A DNA stretch of 64,000 nucleotides from the human T2T-CHM13v2.0 reference genome, Homo sapiens. The stretch's first letter is position 1; each line of letters starts with the position of its first letter. Below, piece after piece: positions 1-14,000 of the stretch. The stretch lies in NCBI RefSeq assembly GCF_009914755.1, contig NC_060939.1; one strand, 5' to 3'. Made by a program: the position numbers and the translations under genes. The notes beneath the pieces were generated by a model. The model worked only from the letters and a program-made list of their open reading frames with translations, was not told the DNA's origin and searched no databases.

Positions 1-1138
1 CATTGTGACATATCTCTTCAATGATCACTCATTTGATGCATCTCTTGCCTAGGCTTTGCCTACAGGGACATTGTGACATATCTCTGCACTGATCTCCCAG
101 GTGCTGTAACTTTAGTCTAGGCTCTGGCTACACGGCATTGTGACATATCACTGCACTGATCAACCAGGTGATATGACTCTTGTATAGGCTCTGCCTACAG
201 GGGGATTGTGACCTACCTCTGCACTGATCACCCAGGTGATATAACTCTTCTCTAGGATCTGCCTACAAGGTAATTTGTGACACATCCCTGCACTGATCAC
301 CCAGGTGATCTAACTCTGGTCTAAGCTCTGCCTAAAGGGGCATTGTGACAGATCTCTGCACTGATCAGTCTGGTGATGTAAGTATTGTCTAGGCTCTGCT
401 TCAAGGGGCCTTGTCACATATCTCTGCACTGATCACCCAGGTGATGTAACTCTTGTCTAGGCTCTGCTTCCAGGGCATATTGTGATATATCTATGCACTG
501 ATCACCTCAGTGATGTAACACTTTGGTAGGCTCGGCTTACAGGGGAATCTTGACATATCTCTGCACTGTTAACCGAGGTGATTTAACTCTTGTCTAGGCT
601 GTGCCCACAGGGGGATTGAGACATATCTCTGCACTGATCCCGAGGTGATACAACTCTTGCCTGGTCTCTGCCTAGTGTGGACATTGTGACATATCTCTGA
701 ACTGATCTCCCAGGTGCTGTAACTTTAGTCTGGGCTCCGGCTACACGGCATTGTGACATATCACTGCACTGATCACCCAGGCGATATAACTCTTCTCTGG
801 GATCTGACCACAGGGTGCTTTGTGACATATCCCTGCAATGATCACCCAGGTGATATACCACTTGCCAAGGCTCTGCCTACAGGGGCATTGCAATGTATCT
901 CTGCACTGATCACCTAGGTCTTGTAGCTCTTTTCTAGGATCTGCATACAGGGTGCTTTGTGACGTGTCCCAGCAAGGATTACCCAGGTGATGTACCTCTC
1001 ATCAAGGCTCTGCCTACAGGCACATTGTGATGTATCTCTGCACTGATCACCTCGGTCATGTAACTTTTTTCCAAGCTCTACCTACGATGGCATTGTGACA
1101 TATCTCTGCACTAATCATCCAAGTGATGTAACACTTGT

Positions 1139-4100
1139 CTAGGATGTGCCTAAATTAACTTTTTGACATAAACCTGTACTGATCATCCAGGTGATGGAGC
1201 TTTTGTCTAGGCTCTGCCTAAGGGGGCATTGTGACATATTTCTGCATTGATCACCCAGGTGGCGAACTCTTCTCTCGGATCTGCCTATGGGGGCATTGTG
1301 AGAAATCTCTGCACTGATCACCCAGGTGATGTAACTGTTGTGTAACCTCTGCCTACAGGGGAATTGTGAGAGATCTCGTCACTGATTACCCAAGTGATGT
1401 AACCATTGTCTAGGCTTTGCGTACAGGGGGCTTTGTGACATACCTTTGCACTGATCACCCAGGTGATGTAACACATCTAAGTTCGGCCTAAAGGAGCTTT
1501 GTGACATATCTCTGCACTGATCACTTAGGTGATGTAACACTTTTATAATCACTGCCTACAGGGAATTTTGACAAATCTCTGCACTGATCACCTAGGTGAT
1601 GTCACTCTTGTCTACCCTCTGTCCAACGGGGCATTGTGAAATGTCTCTGCACTGATCACCCAGGTGATTCAACTCTTGACTAGGAACTGCCTACAGAGGT
1701 TATTGTGAAATATCTCTGCAATGATAAACTAGGTGGTGTAACCATTGTCCAAGCTCTGCCTACAGGGGCGTTTCCACATATCCCTGAACTGATGACAAAG
1801 TTGATGTAACTCTTGCCTAGGCTTTGCCTACAGGGAACATTGGACATATATCTGCACTGATCACCCAGGTGATGCAACTCTTGCCTAGGCTTTGCCTACA
1901 GGGGACATTGTGACATATCTCTTCAATGATCACTCATGTGATGCATCTCTTGCCTAGGCTTTGCCTACAGGGGACATTGTGACATATCTCTGCACTGATC
2001 TCCAGGTGCTGTAACTTTAGTCTAGGCTCTGGCTACATGGCATTGTGACATATCACTGCACTGATCAACCAGGTGATATAACTCTTGTATAGGCTCTGCC
2101 TACAGGGGGATTGTGACCTGCTTCTGTACTGATCACCCAGGTGACATAACTCTTCTCTAGGATCTGCCTACAGGGTACTTTGTGACATATCCCTGCACTG
2201 ATCACCCAGGTGATCTAACTCTGGTCTAAGCTCTGCCTAAAGGGGCATTGTGACAGATCTCTGCACTGATCACTCTGGTGATGTAAGTATTGTCTATGCT
2301 CTGCTTCAAGGGGCCTTGTCACATATCTCTGCACTGATCACCCAGGTGATGTAACTCTTCTCTAGGCTCTGCTTCCAGGGCATATTGTGACATATCTATG
2401 CACTGATCACCTTAGTGATGTAACACTTTGGTAGGCTCGGCCTACAGTGGAATCTTGACATATCTCTGCACTGTTAACCGAGGTGATTTAACTCTTGTCT
2501 AGGCTCTGCCCACAGGGGGATTGAGACATATCTCTGCACTGATCCCGAGGTGATACAACTCTTGCCTGGTCTCTGCCTACTGTGGACATTGTGACATATC
2601 TCTGCACTGATGTCCCATGTGCTGTAACTTTAGTATAGGCTCTGGCTACATGGCATTGTGACATATCACTGCACTGATCAACCAGGTGATATAACTCTTG
2701 TATAGACTCTGCCTACAGGGGGATTGTGACCTACCTCTGCACTGATCACCCAGGTGATATAACTCTTCTCTAGGATCTGCCTACAGGGTACTTTGTGACA
2801 CATCCCTGCACTGATCACCCAGGTGATCTAACTCTGGTCTAAGCTCTGCCTAAAGGGGCATTGTGACAGATCTCTGCACTGATCAGTCTGGTGATGTAAG
2901 TATTGTCTAGGCTCTGCTTCAAGGGGCCTTGTCACATATCTCTGCACTGATCACCCAGGTGATGTAACTCTTGTCTAGGCTCTGCTTCCAGGGCATATTG
3001 TGATATATCTATGCACTGATCACCTTAGTGATGTAACACTTTGGTAGGCTCGGCCTACAGGGGAATCTTGACATATCTCTGCACTGTTAACCGAGGTGAT
3101 TTAACTCTTGACTAGGCTGTGCCCACAGGGGGATTGAGACATATCTCTGCACTGATCCCGAGGTGATACAACTCTTGCCTGGTCTCTGCCTAGTGTGGAC
3201 ATTGTGACATATCTCTGAACTGATTTCCCAGGTGCTGTAACTTTAGTCTGGGCTCCGGCTACACGGCATTGTGACATATCACTGCACTGATCACCCAGGC
3301 GATATAACTCTTCTCTAGGATCTGACCACAGGGTGCTTTGTGACATATCCCTGCAATGATCACCCAGGTGATATACCACTTGCCAAGGCTCTGCCTACAG
3401 GGGCATTGCAATGTATCTCTGCACTGATCACCTAGGTCTTGTAGCTCTTTTCTAGGATCTGCCTACAGGGTGCTTTGTGACGTGTCCCAGCAAGGATTAC
3501 CCAGGTGATGTACCTCTCATCAAGGCTCTGCCTACAGGCACATTGTGATGTATCTCTGCACTGATCACCTCGGTCATGTAACTTTTTTCTAGGCTCTACC
3601 TACGATGGCATTGTGACATATCTCTGCACTAATCATCCAAGTGATGTAACTCTTGTCTAGGATGTGCCTAAATTAACTTTTTGACATAACCCTGTACTGA
3701 TCATCCAGGTGATGGAGCTTTTGTCTAGGCTCTGCCTAAGGGGGCATTGTGACATATTTCTGCATTGATCACCCAGGTGGCGAACTCTTCTCTCGGATCT
3801 GCCTATGGGGGCATTGTGAGAAATCTCTGCACTGATCACCCAGGTGATGTAACTGTTGTGTAACCTCTGCCTACAGGGGAATTGTGAGAGATCTCGTCAC
3901 TGATTACCCAAGTGATGTAACCATTGTCTAGGCTTTGCGTACAGGGGGCTTTGTGACATACCTTTGCACTGATCACCCAGGTGATGTAACACATCTAAGT
4001 TCGTCCTAAAGGAGCTTTGTGACATATCTCTGCACTGATCACTTAGGTGATGTAACACTTTTATAATCACTGCCTACAGGGAATTTTGACAAATCTCTGC

Positions 4101-6175
4101 ACTGATCACCTAGGTGATGTCACTCTTGTCTACCCTCTGTCCAACGGGGCATTGTGAAATGTCTCTGCACTGATCACCCAGGTGATTCAACTCTTGACTA
4201 GGAACTGCCTACAGAGGTTATTGTGAAATATCTCTGCACTGATAAACTAGGTGGTGTAACCATTGTCCAAGCTCTGCCTACAGGGGCGTTTCCACATATC
4301 CCTGAACTGATGACAAAGGTGATGTAACTCTTGCCTAGGCTTTGCCTACAGGGAACATTGGACATATATCTGCACTGATCACCCAGGTGATGCAACTCTT
4401 GCCTAGGCTTTGCCTACAGGGGACATTGTGACATATCTCTTCAATGATCACTCATGTGATGCATCTCTTACCTAGGCTTTGCCTACAGGGGACATTGTGA
4501 CATATCTCTGCACTGATCTCCCAGGTGCTGTAACTTTAGTCTAGGCTCTGGCTACACGGCATTGTGACATATCACTGCACTGATCAACCAGGTGATATAA
4601 CTCTTGTATAGGCTCTGCCTACAGGGGGATTGTGACCTACCTCTGCACTGATCACCCAGGTGACATAACTCTTCTCTAGGATCTGCCTACAGGGTACTTT
4701 GTGACATATCCCTGCACTGATCACCCAGGTGATCTAACTCTGGTCTAAGCTCTGCCTAAAGGGGCATTGTGACAGATCTCTGCACTGATCACTCTGGTGA
4801 TGTAAGTATTGTCTATGCTCTGCTTCAAGGGGCCTTGTCACATATCTCTGCACTGATCACCCAGGTGATGTAACTCTTCTCTAGGCTCTGCTTCCAGGGC
4901 ATATTGTGACATATCTATGCACTGATCACCTTAGTGATGTAACACTTTGGTAGGCTCGGCCTACAGGGGAATCTTGACATATCTCTGCACTGTTAACCGA
5001 GGTGATTTAACTCTTGTCTAGGCTCTGCCCACAGGGGGATTGAGACGTATCTCTGCACTGATCCCGAGGTGATACAACTCTTGCCTGGTCTCTGCCTACT
5101 GTGGACATTGTGACATATCTCTGCACTGATGTCCCATGTGCTGTAACTTTAGTCTAGGCTCTGGCTACATGGCATTGTGACATATCACTGCACTGATCAA
5201 CCAGGTGATATAACTCTTGTATAGACTCTGCCTACAGGGGGATTGTGACCTACCTCTGCACTGATCACCCAGGTGATATAACTCTTCTCTAGGATCTGCC
5301 TACAGGGTACTTTGTGACACATCCCTGCACTGATCACCCAGGTGATCTAACTCTGGTCTAAGCTCTGCCTAAAGGGGCATTGTGACAGATCTCTGCACTG
5401 ATCAGTCTGGTGATGTAAGTATTGTCTAGGCTCTGCTTCAAGGGGCCTTGTCACATATCTCTGCACTGATCACCCAGGTGATGTAACTCTTGTCTATGCT
5501 CTGCTTTCAGGGCATATTGTGATATATCTATGCACTGATCACCTTAGTGATGTAACACTTTGGTAAGCTCGGCCTACAGGGGAATCTTGACATATCTCTG
5601 CACTGTTAACCGAGGTGATTTAACTCTTGACTAGGCTGTGCCCACAGGGGGATTGAGACATATCTCTGCACTGATCCCGAGGTGATACAACTCTTGCCTG
5701 GTCTCTGCCTAGTGTGGACATTGTGACATATCTCTGAACTGATCTCCCAGGTGCTGTAACTTTAGTCTGGGCTCCGGCTACACGGCATTGTGACATATCA
5801 CTGCACTGATCACCCAGGCGATATAACTCTTCTCTAGGATCTGACCACAGGGTGCTTTGTGACATATCCCTGCAATGATCACCCAGGTGATATACCACTT
5901 GCCAAGGCTCTGCCTACAGGGGCATTGCAATGTATCTCTGCACTGATCACCTAGGTCTTGTAGCTCTTTTCTAGGATCTGCCTACAGGGTGCTTTGTGAC
6001 GTGTCCCAGCAAGGATTACCCAGGTGATGTACCTCTCATCAAGGCTCTGCCTACAGGCACATTGTGATGTATCTCTGCACTGATCACCTCGGTCATGTAA
6101 CTTTTTTCTAGGCTCTACCTATGATGGCATTGTGACATATCTCTGCACTAATCATCCAAGTGATGTAACTCTTGT
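1139..6175. repeat. Two 37-mer HOR variants (2518 and 2519 bp; internal duplication of m14-m22)
   Basis: Landmark spacing is 2518/2519. The m20 word CTGTTAACCGAGG and the m18 word GCTTCAAGGGGCC each occur twice per unit, ~612 bp apart. Confidence 0.92.
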
Positions 6176-8081
6176 CTAGGATGTGCCTAAATTAACTTTG
6201 TGACATAACCCTGTACTGATCATCCAGGTGATGGAGCTTTTGTCTAGGCTCTGCCTAAGGGGGCATTGTGACATATTTCTGCATTGATCACCCAGGTGGC
6301 GAAGTCTTCTCTCGGATCTGTCTATGGGGGCATTGTGAGAAATCTCTGCACTGATCACCCAGGTGATGTAACTGTTGTGTAACCTCTGCCTACAGGGGAA
6401 TTGTGAGAGATCTCGTCACTGATTACCCAAGTGATGTAACCATTGTCTAGGCTTTGCGTACAGGGGGCTTTGTGACATACCTTTGCACTGATCACCCAGG
6501 TGATGTAACACATCTAAGTTCGGCCTAAAGGAGCTTTGTGACATATCTCTGCACTGATCAGTTAGGTGATGTAACACTTTCATAATCACTGCCTACAGGG
6601 AATTTTGACAAATCTCTGCACTGATCACCTAGGTGATGTAACTCTTGTCTACCCTCTGTCCAACGGGGCATTGTGAAATGTCTCTGCACTGATCACCCAG
6701 GTGATACAACTCTTGACTAGAAACTGCCTGCAGAGGTTATTGTGAAATATCTCTGCACTGATAAACTAGGTGGTGTAACCCTTGTCCAAGCTCTGCCTAC
6801 AGGGGCGTTTCCACATATCCCTGAACTGATGACAAAGGTGATGTAACTCTTGCCTAGGCTTTGCCTACAGGGAACATTGGACATATATCTGCACTGATCA
6901 CCCAGGTGATGCAACTCTTGCCTAGGCTTTGCCTACAGGGGACATTGTGACATATCTCTTCAATGATCACTCACGTGATGCATCTCTTGCCTAGGCTTTG
7001 CCTACAGGGGACATTGTGACAAATCTCTGCACTGATCTCCCACGTGCTGTAACTTTAGTCTAGGCTCTGGCTACACGGCATTGTGACATATCACTGCACT
7101 GATCAACCAGGTGATATAACTCTTGTATAGGCTCTGCCTACAGGGGGATTGTGACCTACCTCTGCACTGATCACCCAGGTGATATAACTCTTCTCTAGGA
7201 TCTGCCTACAGGGTACTTTGTGACATATCCCTGCACTGATCACCCAGGTGATCTAACTCTGATCTAAGCTCTGCCTAAAGGGGCATTGTGACAGATCTCT
7301 GCACTGATCCCTCTGGTGATGTAAGTATTGTCTAGGCTCTGCTTCAAGGGGCCTTGTCACATATCTCTGCACTGATCACCCAGGTGATGTAACTCTTGTC
7401 TAGGCTCTGCTTCCAGGGCATATCGTGACATATGTATGCACTGATCACCTTAGTGATGTAACACTTTGGTAGGCTCGGCCTACAGGGGAATCTTGACATA
7501 TCTCTGCACTGTTAACCGAGGTGATTTAACACTTGTCTAGGCTGTGACCACAGGGGGATTGAGACATATCTCTGCACTGATCCCGAGGTGATACAACTCT
7601 TGCCTGGTCTCTGCATACTGTGGACGTTGTGACAAATCTCTGCACTGATGTCCCAGGAGCTGTAACTTTAGTCTAGGCTCTGGCTACACGGCATTGTGAC
7701 ATATCACTGCACTGATCACCCAGGCGATATAACTCTTCTCTAGGATCTGACCACAGGGTGCTTTGTGACATATCCCTGCAATGATCACCCAGGTGATATA
7801 CCACTTGCCAAGGCTCTGCCTACAGGGGCATTGCAATGTATCTCTGCACTGATCACCTAGGTCTTGTAGCTATTTTCTAGGATCTGCCTACAGGGTGCTT
7901 TGTGACGTGTCCCAGCAAGGATTACCCAGGTGATGTACCTCTCATCAAGGCTCTGCCTACAGGCACATTGTGATGTATCTCTGCACTGATCACCTCGGTC
8001 ATGTAACTTTTTTCTAGGCTCTACCTACGATGGCATTGTGACATATCTCTGCACTAATCATCCAAGTGATGTAACTCTTGT
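6176..8081. repeat. Canonical 28-mer HOR (haplotype with GGCGAAGTC, TAGAAACTGCCTGCAG)
   Basis: 1906-bp spacing; the same diagnostic variants occur in the units at 40062, 48297 and 57145. Confidence 0.9.
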
Positions 8082-11000
8082 CTAGGATGTGCCTAACTTA
8101 ACTTTTTGACATAACCCTGTACTGATCATCCAGGTGATGGAGCTTTTGTCTAGGCTCTGCCTAAGGGGGCATTGTGACATATTTCTGCATTGATCACCCA
8201 GGTGGCGAACTCTTCTCTCGGATCTGCCTATGGGGGCATTGTGAGAAATCTCTGCACTGATCACCCAGGTGATGTAACTGTTGTGTAACCTCTGCCTACA
8301 GGGGAATTGTGAGAGATCTCGTCACTGATTACCCAAGTGATGTAACCAATGTCTAGGCTTTGCGTACAGGGGCTTTGTGACATACCTTTGCACTGATCAC
8401 CCAGGTGATGTAACACATGTAAGTTTGGCCTAAAGGAGCTTTGTGACATATCTCTGCACTGATCACTTAGGTGATGTAACACTTTTATAATCACTGCCTA
8501 CAGGGAATTTTGACAAATCTCTGCACTGATCACCTAGGTGTTGTAACTCTTGTCTACCCTCTGTCCAACGGGGCATTGTGAAATATCTCTGCACTGATCA
8601 CCGAGGTGATTCAACTCTTGACTAGGAACTGCCTACAGAGGTTATTGTGAAATATCTCTGCACTGATAAACTAGGGGGTGTAACCCTTGTCCAAGCTCTG
8701 CCTACAGGGTCGTTTCCACATATCCCTGAACTGATGACAAAGGTGATGTAACTCTTGCCTAGGCTTTGCCTACAGGGAACATTGGACATATATCTGCACT
8801 GATCACCCAGGTGATGCAACTCTTGCTTAGGCTTTGCCTACAGGGGACATCGTGACATATCTCTTCAATGATCACTCATGTGATGCATCTCCTGCCTAGG
8901 CTTTGCCTACAGGGGACATTGTGACATATCTCTGCACTGATCTCCCAGGTGCTGTAACTTTAGTCTAGGCTCTGGCTACACGGCATTGTGACCTACCTCT
9001 GCACTGATCACCCAGGTGATATAACTCTTCTCTAGGATCTGCCTACAGGGTACTTTGTGACATATCCCTGCACTGATCACCCAGGTGATCTAACTCTGGT
9101 CTAAGCTCTGCCTAAAGGGGCATTGTGACAGATCTCTGCACTGATCACTCTGGTGATGTAAGTATTGTCTAGGCTCTGCTTCAAGGGGCCTTGTCACATA
9201 TCTCTGCACTGATCACCCAGGTGATGTAACTCTTGTCTAGGCTCTGCTTCCAGGGCATATTGTGACATATCTATGCACTGATCACCTTAGTGATGTAACA
9301 CTTTGGTAGGCTCGGCCTACAGGGGAATCTTGACATATCTCTGCACTGTTAACCGAGGTGATTTAACTCTTGTCTAGGCTGTGCCCACAGGGGGATTGAG
9401 ACATATCTCTGCACTGATCCCGAGGTGATACAACTCTTGCCTGGTCTCTGCCTACTGTGGACATTGGGACATATCTCTGCACTGATCTCCCAGGTGCTGT
9501 AACTTTAGTCTAGGCTCTGGCTACACGGCATTGTGACATATCACTGCACTGATCACCCAGGCGATATAACTATTCTCTAGGATCTGACCACAGGGTGCTT
9601 TGTGACATATCCCTGCAATGATCACCCAGGTGATATACCACTTGCCAAGGCTCTGCCTACAGGGGCATTGCAATGTATCTCTGCACTGATCACCTAGGTC
9701 TTGTAGCTATTTTCTAGGATCTGCCTACAGAGTGCTTTGTGACGTGTCCCAGCAAGGATTACCCAGGTGATGTACCTCTCATCAAGGCTCTGCCTACAGG
9801 CACATTGTGATGTATCTCTGCACTGATCACCTCGGTCATGTAACTTTTTTCTAGGCTCTACCTACGATGGCATTGTGACATATCTCTGCACTAATCATCC
9901 AAGTGATGTAACTCTTGTCTAGGATGTGCCTAACTTAACTTTTTGACATAACCCTGTACTGATCATCCAGGTGATGGAGCTTTTGTCTAGGCTCTGCCTA
10001 AGGGGGCATTGTGACATATTTCTGCATTGATCACCCAGGTGGCGAACTCTTCTCTCGGATCTGCCTATGGGGGCATTGTGAGAAATCTCTGCACTGATCA
10101 CCCAGGTGATGTAACTGTTGTGTAACCTCTGCCTACAGGGGAATTGTGAGAGATCTCGTCACTGATTACCCAAGTGATGTAACCAATGTCTAGGCTTTGC
10201 GTACAGGGGGCTTTGTTTCATACCTTTGCACTGATCACCCAGGTGATGTAACACATCTAAGTTCGGCCTTAAGGAGCTTTGTGACATATCTCTGCACTGA
10301 TCACTTAGGTGATGTAACACTTTTATAATCACTGCCTACAGGGAATTTTGACAAATCTCTGCACTGATCACCTAGGTGATGTAACTCTTGTCTCCCCTCT
10401 GTCCAACGGGGCATTGTGAAATATCTCTGCACTGATCACCCAGGTGATTCAACTCTTGACTAGGAACTGCCTACAGAGGTTATTGTGAAATATCTCTGCA
10501 CTGATAAACTAGGGGGTGTAACACTTGTCCAAGCTCTGCCTACAGGGTCGTTTCCACATATCCCTGAACTGATGACAAAGGTGATGTAACTCTTGCCTAG
10601 GCTTTTCCTACAGGGAACATTGGACATATATCTGCACTGATCACCCAGGTGATCTTACTCTGGTCTAAGCTCTGCCTAAAGGGGCATTGTGACAGATCTC
10701 TGCACTGATCACTCTGGTGATGTAAGTATTGTCTAGGCTCTGCTTCAAGGGGCCTTGTCACATATCTCTGCACTGATCACCCAGGTGATGTAACTCTTGT
10801 CTAGGCTCTGCTTCCAGGGCATATTGTGACATATCTATGCACTGATCACCTTAGTGATGTAACACTTTGGTAGGCTCGGCCTACAGGGGAATCTTGACAT
10901 ATCTCTGCACTGTTAACCGAGGTGATTTAACTCTTGTCTAGGCTGTGCCCACAGGGGGATTGAGACATATCTCTGCACTGATCCCGAGGTGATACAACTC

Positions 11001-14000
11001 TTGCCTGGTCTCTGCCTACTGTGGACATTGTGACATATCTCTGCACTGATCTCCCAGGTGCTGAAACTTTAGTCTAGGCACTGACTACACGGCATTGTGA
11101 CATATCACTGCACTGAACACCCAGGCGATATAACTCTTCTCTAGGATCTGACCACAGGGTGCTTTGTGACATATCCCTGCAATGATCACCCAGGTGATAT
11201 ACCACTTGCCATGGCTCTGCGTACAGGGGCATTGCAATGTATCTCTGCACTGATCACCTAGGTCTTGTAGCTATTTTCTAGGATCTGCCTACAGTGTTCT
11301 TTGTGACGTGTCCCAGCAAGGATTACCCAGGTGATGTACCTCTCATCAAGGCTCTGCCTACAGGCACATTGTGATGTATCTCTGCACTGATCACCTCGGT
11401 CATGTAACTTTTTTCTAGGCTCTACCTACGATGGCATTGTGACATATCTCTGCACTAATCATCCAAGTGATGTAACTCTTGTCTAGGATGTGCCTAACTT
11501 AACTTTTTGACATAACCCTGTACTGATCATCCAGGTGATGGAGCTTTTGTCTAGGCTCTGCCTAAGGGGGCATTGTGACATATTTCTGCATTGATCACCC
11601 AGGTGGCGAACTCTTCTCTCGGATCTGCCTATGGGGGCATTGTGAGAAATCTCTGCACTGATCACCCAGGTGATGTAACTGTTGTGTAACCTCTGCCTAC
11701 AGGGGAATTGTGAGAGATCTCGTCACTCATTACCCAAGTGATGTAACCATTGCCTAGGCTTTGCGTACAGGGGGCTTTGTGACATACCTTTGCACTGATC
11801 ACCCAGGTGATGTAACACATCTAAGTTCGGCCTAAAGGAGCTTTGTGACATATCTCTGCACTGATCACTTAGGTGATGTAACACTTTTATAATCACTGCC
11901 TACAGGGAATTTTGACAAATCTCTGCACTGATCACCTAGGTGATGTAACTCTTGTCTACCCTCTGTCCAACGGGGCATTGTGAAATATCTCTGCACTGAT
12001 CACCCAGGTGATTCAACTCTTGACTAGGAACTGCCTACAGAGGTTATTGTGAATTATCTCTGCACTGATAAACTAGGTGGTGTAACCCTTGTCCAAGCTC
12101 TGCCTACAGGGGCGTTTCCACATATCCCTGAACTGATGACAAAGGTGATGTAACTCTTGCCTAGGCTTTGCCTACAGGGAACATTGGACATATATCTGCA
12201 CTGATCACCCAGGTGATGCAACTCTTGTCTAGGCTTTGCCTACAGGGGACATTGTGACATATCTCTTCAATGATCACTCATGTGATGCATCTCTTGCCTA
12301 GGCTTTGCCTACAGGGGACATTGTGACATATCTCTGCACTGATCTCCCAGGTGCTGTAACATTAGTCTAGGCTCTGGCTACACGGCATTGTCACCTACCT
12401 CTGCACTGATCACCCAGGTGATATAACTCTTTTCTAGGATCTGCCTACAGGGTACTTTGTGACATATCCCTGCACTGATCACCCAGGTGATCTAACTCTG
12501 GTCTAAGCTCTGCCTAAAGGGGCATTGTGACAGATCTCTGCACTGATCACTCTGGTGATGTAAGTATTGTCTAGGCTCTGCTTCAAGGGGCCTTGTCACA
12601 TATCTCTGCACTGATCACCCAGGTGATGTAACTCTTGTCTAGGCTCTGCTTCCAGGGCATATTGTGACATATCTATGCACTGATCACCTTAGTGATGTAA
12701 CCCTTTGGTAGGCTCGGCCTACAGGGGAATCTTGACATATCTCTGCACTGTTAACCGAGGTGATTTAACTCTTGTCTAGGCTGTGCCCACAGGGGGATTG
12801 AGACATTCTCTGCACTGATCCCGAGGTGATACAACTCTTGCCTTGTCTCTGCCTACTGTGGAAATTGTGACATATCTCTGCACTGATCTCCCAGGTGCTG
12901 TAACTTTACTCTAGGCTCTGGCTACACGGCATTGTGACACATCACTGCACTGATCACCCAGGCGATATAACTTTTCTCTAGGATCTGAACACAGGGTGCT
13001 TTGTGACATATCCCTGCAATGATCACCCAGGTGATATACCACTTGCCAAGGCTCTGCCTACAGGGGCATTGCAATGTATCTCTGCACTGATCACCTAGGT
13101 CTTGTAGCTATTTTCTAGGATCTGCCTACAGGGTGCTTTGTGACGTGTCCCAGCAAGGATTACCCAGGTGATGTACCTCTCATCAAGGCTCTGCCTACAG
13201 GCACATTGTGATGTATCTCTGCACTGATCACCTCGGTCATGTAACTTTTTTCTAGGCTCTACCTACGATGGCATTGTGACATATCTCTGCACTAATCATC
13301 CAAGTGATGTAACTCTTGTCTAGGATGTGCCTAACTTAACTTTTTGACATAACCCTGTACTGATCATCCAGGTGATGGAGCTTTTGTCTAGGCTCTGCCT
13401 AAGGGGGCATTGTGACATATTTCTGCATTGATCACCCAGGTGGCGAACTCTTCTCTCGGATCTGCCTATGGGGGCATTGTGAGAAATCTCTGCACTGATC
13501 ACCCAGGTGATGTAACTGTTGTGTAACCTCTGCCTACAGGGGAATTGTGAGAGATCTCGTCACTGATTACCCAAGTGATGTAACCAATGTCTAGGCTTTG
13601 CGTACAGGGGGCTTTGTTACATACCTTTGCACTGATCACCCAGGTGATGTAACACATCTAAGTTCGGCCTTAAGGAGCTTTGTGACATATCTCTGCACTG
13701 ATCACTTAGGTGATGTAACACTTTTATAATCACTGCCTACAGGGAATTTTGACAAATCTCTGCACTGATCACCTAGGTGATGTAACTCTTGTCTACCCTC
13801 TGTCCAACGGGGCATTGTGAAATATCTCTGCACTGCTCACCCAGGTGATTCAACTCTTGACTAGGAACTGCCTAGAGAGGTTATTGTGAAATATCTCTGC
13901 ACTGATAAACTAGGGGGTGTAACACTGGTCCAAGCTCTGCCTACAGGGTCGTTTCCACATATCCCTGAGCTGATGACAAAGGTGATGTAACTCTTGCCTA

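Larger units (their letters stand above)
1..13031. repeat. Copy A of the 50,969-bp-offset duplicated segment (super-HOR)
   Basis: HOR landmarks and ORF coordinates recur at exactly +50,969, and rare variants are shared (ATTTGATGCA at 31, TTCTCTGGGATC ~795, TTTGTTTCATAC ~10212). Confidence 0.95.
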
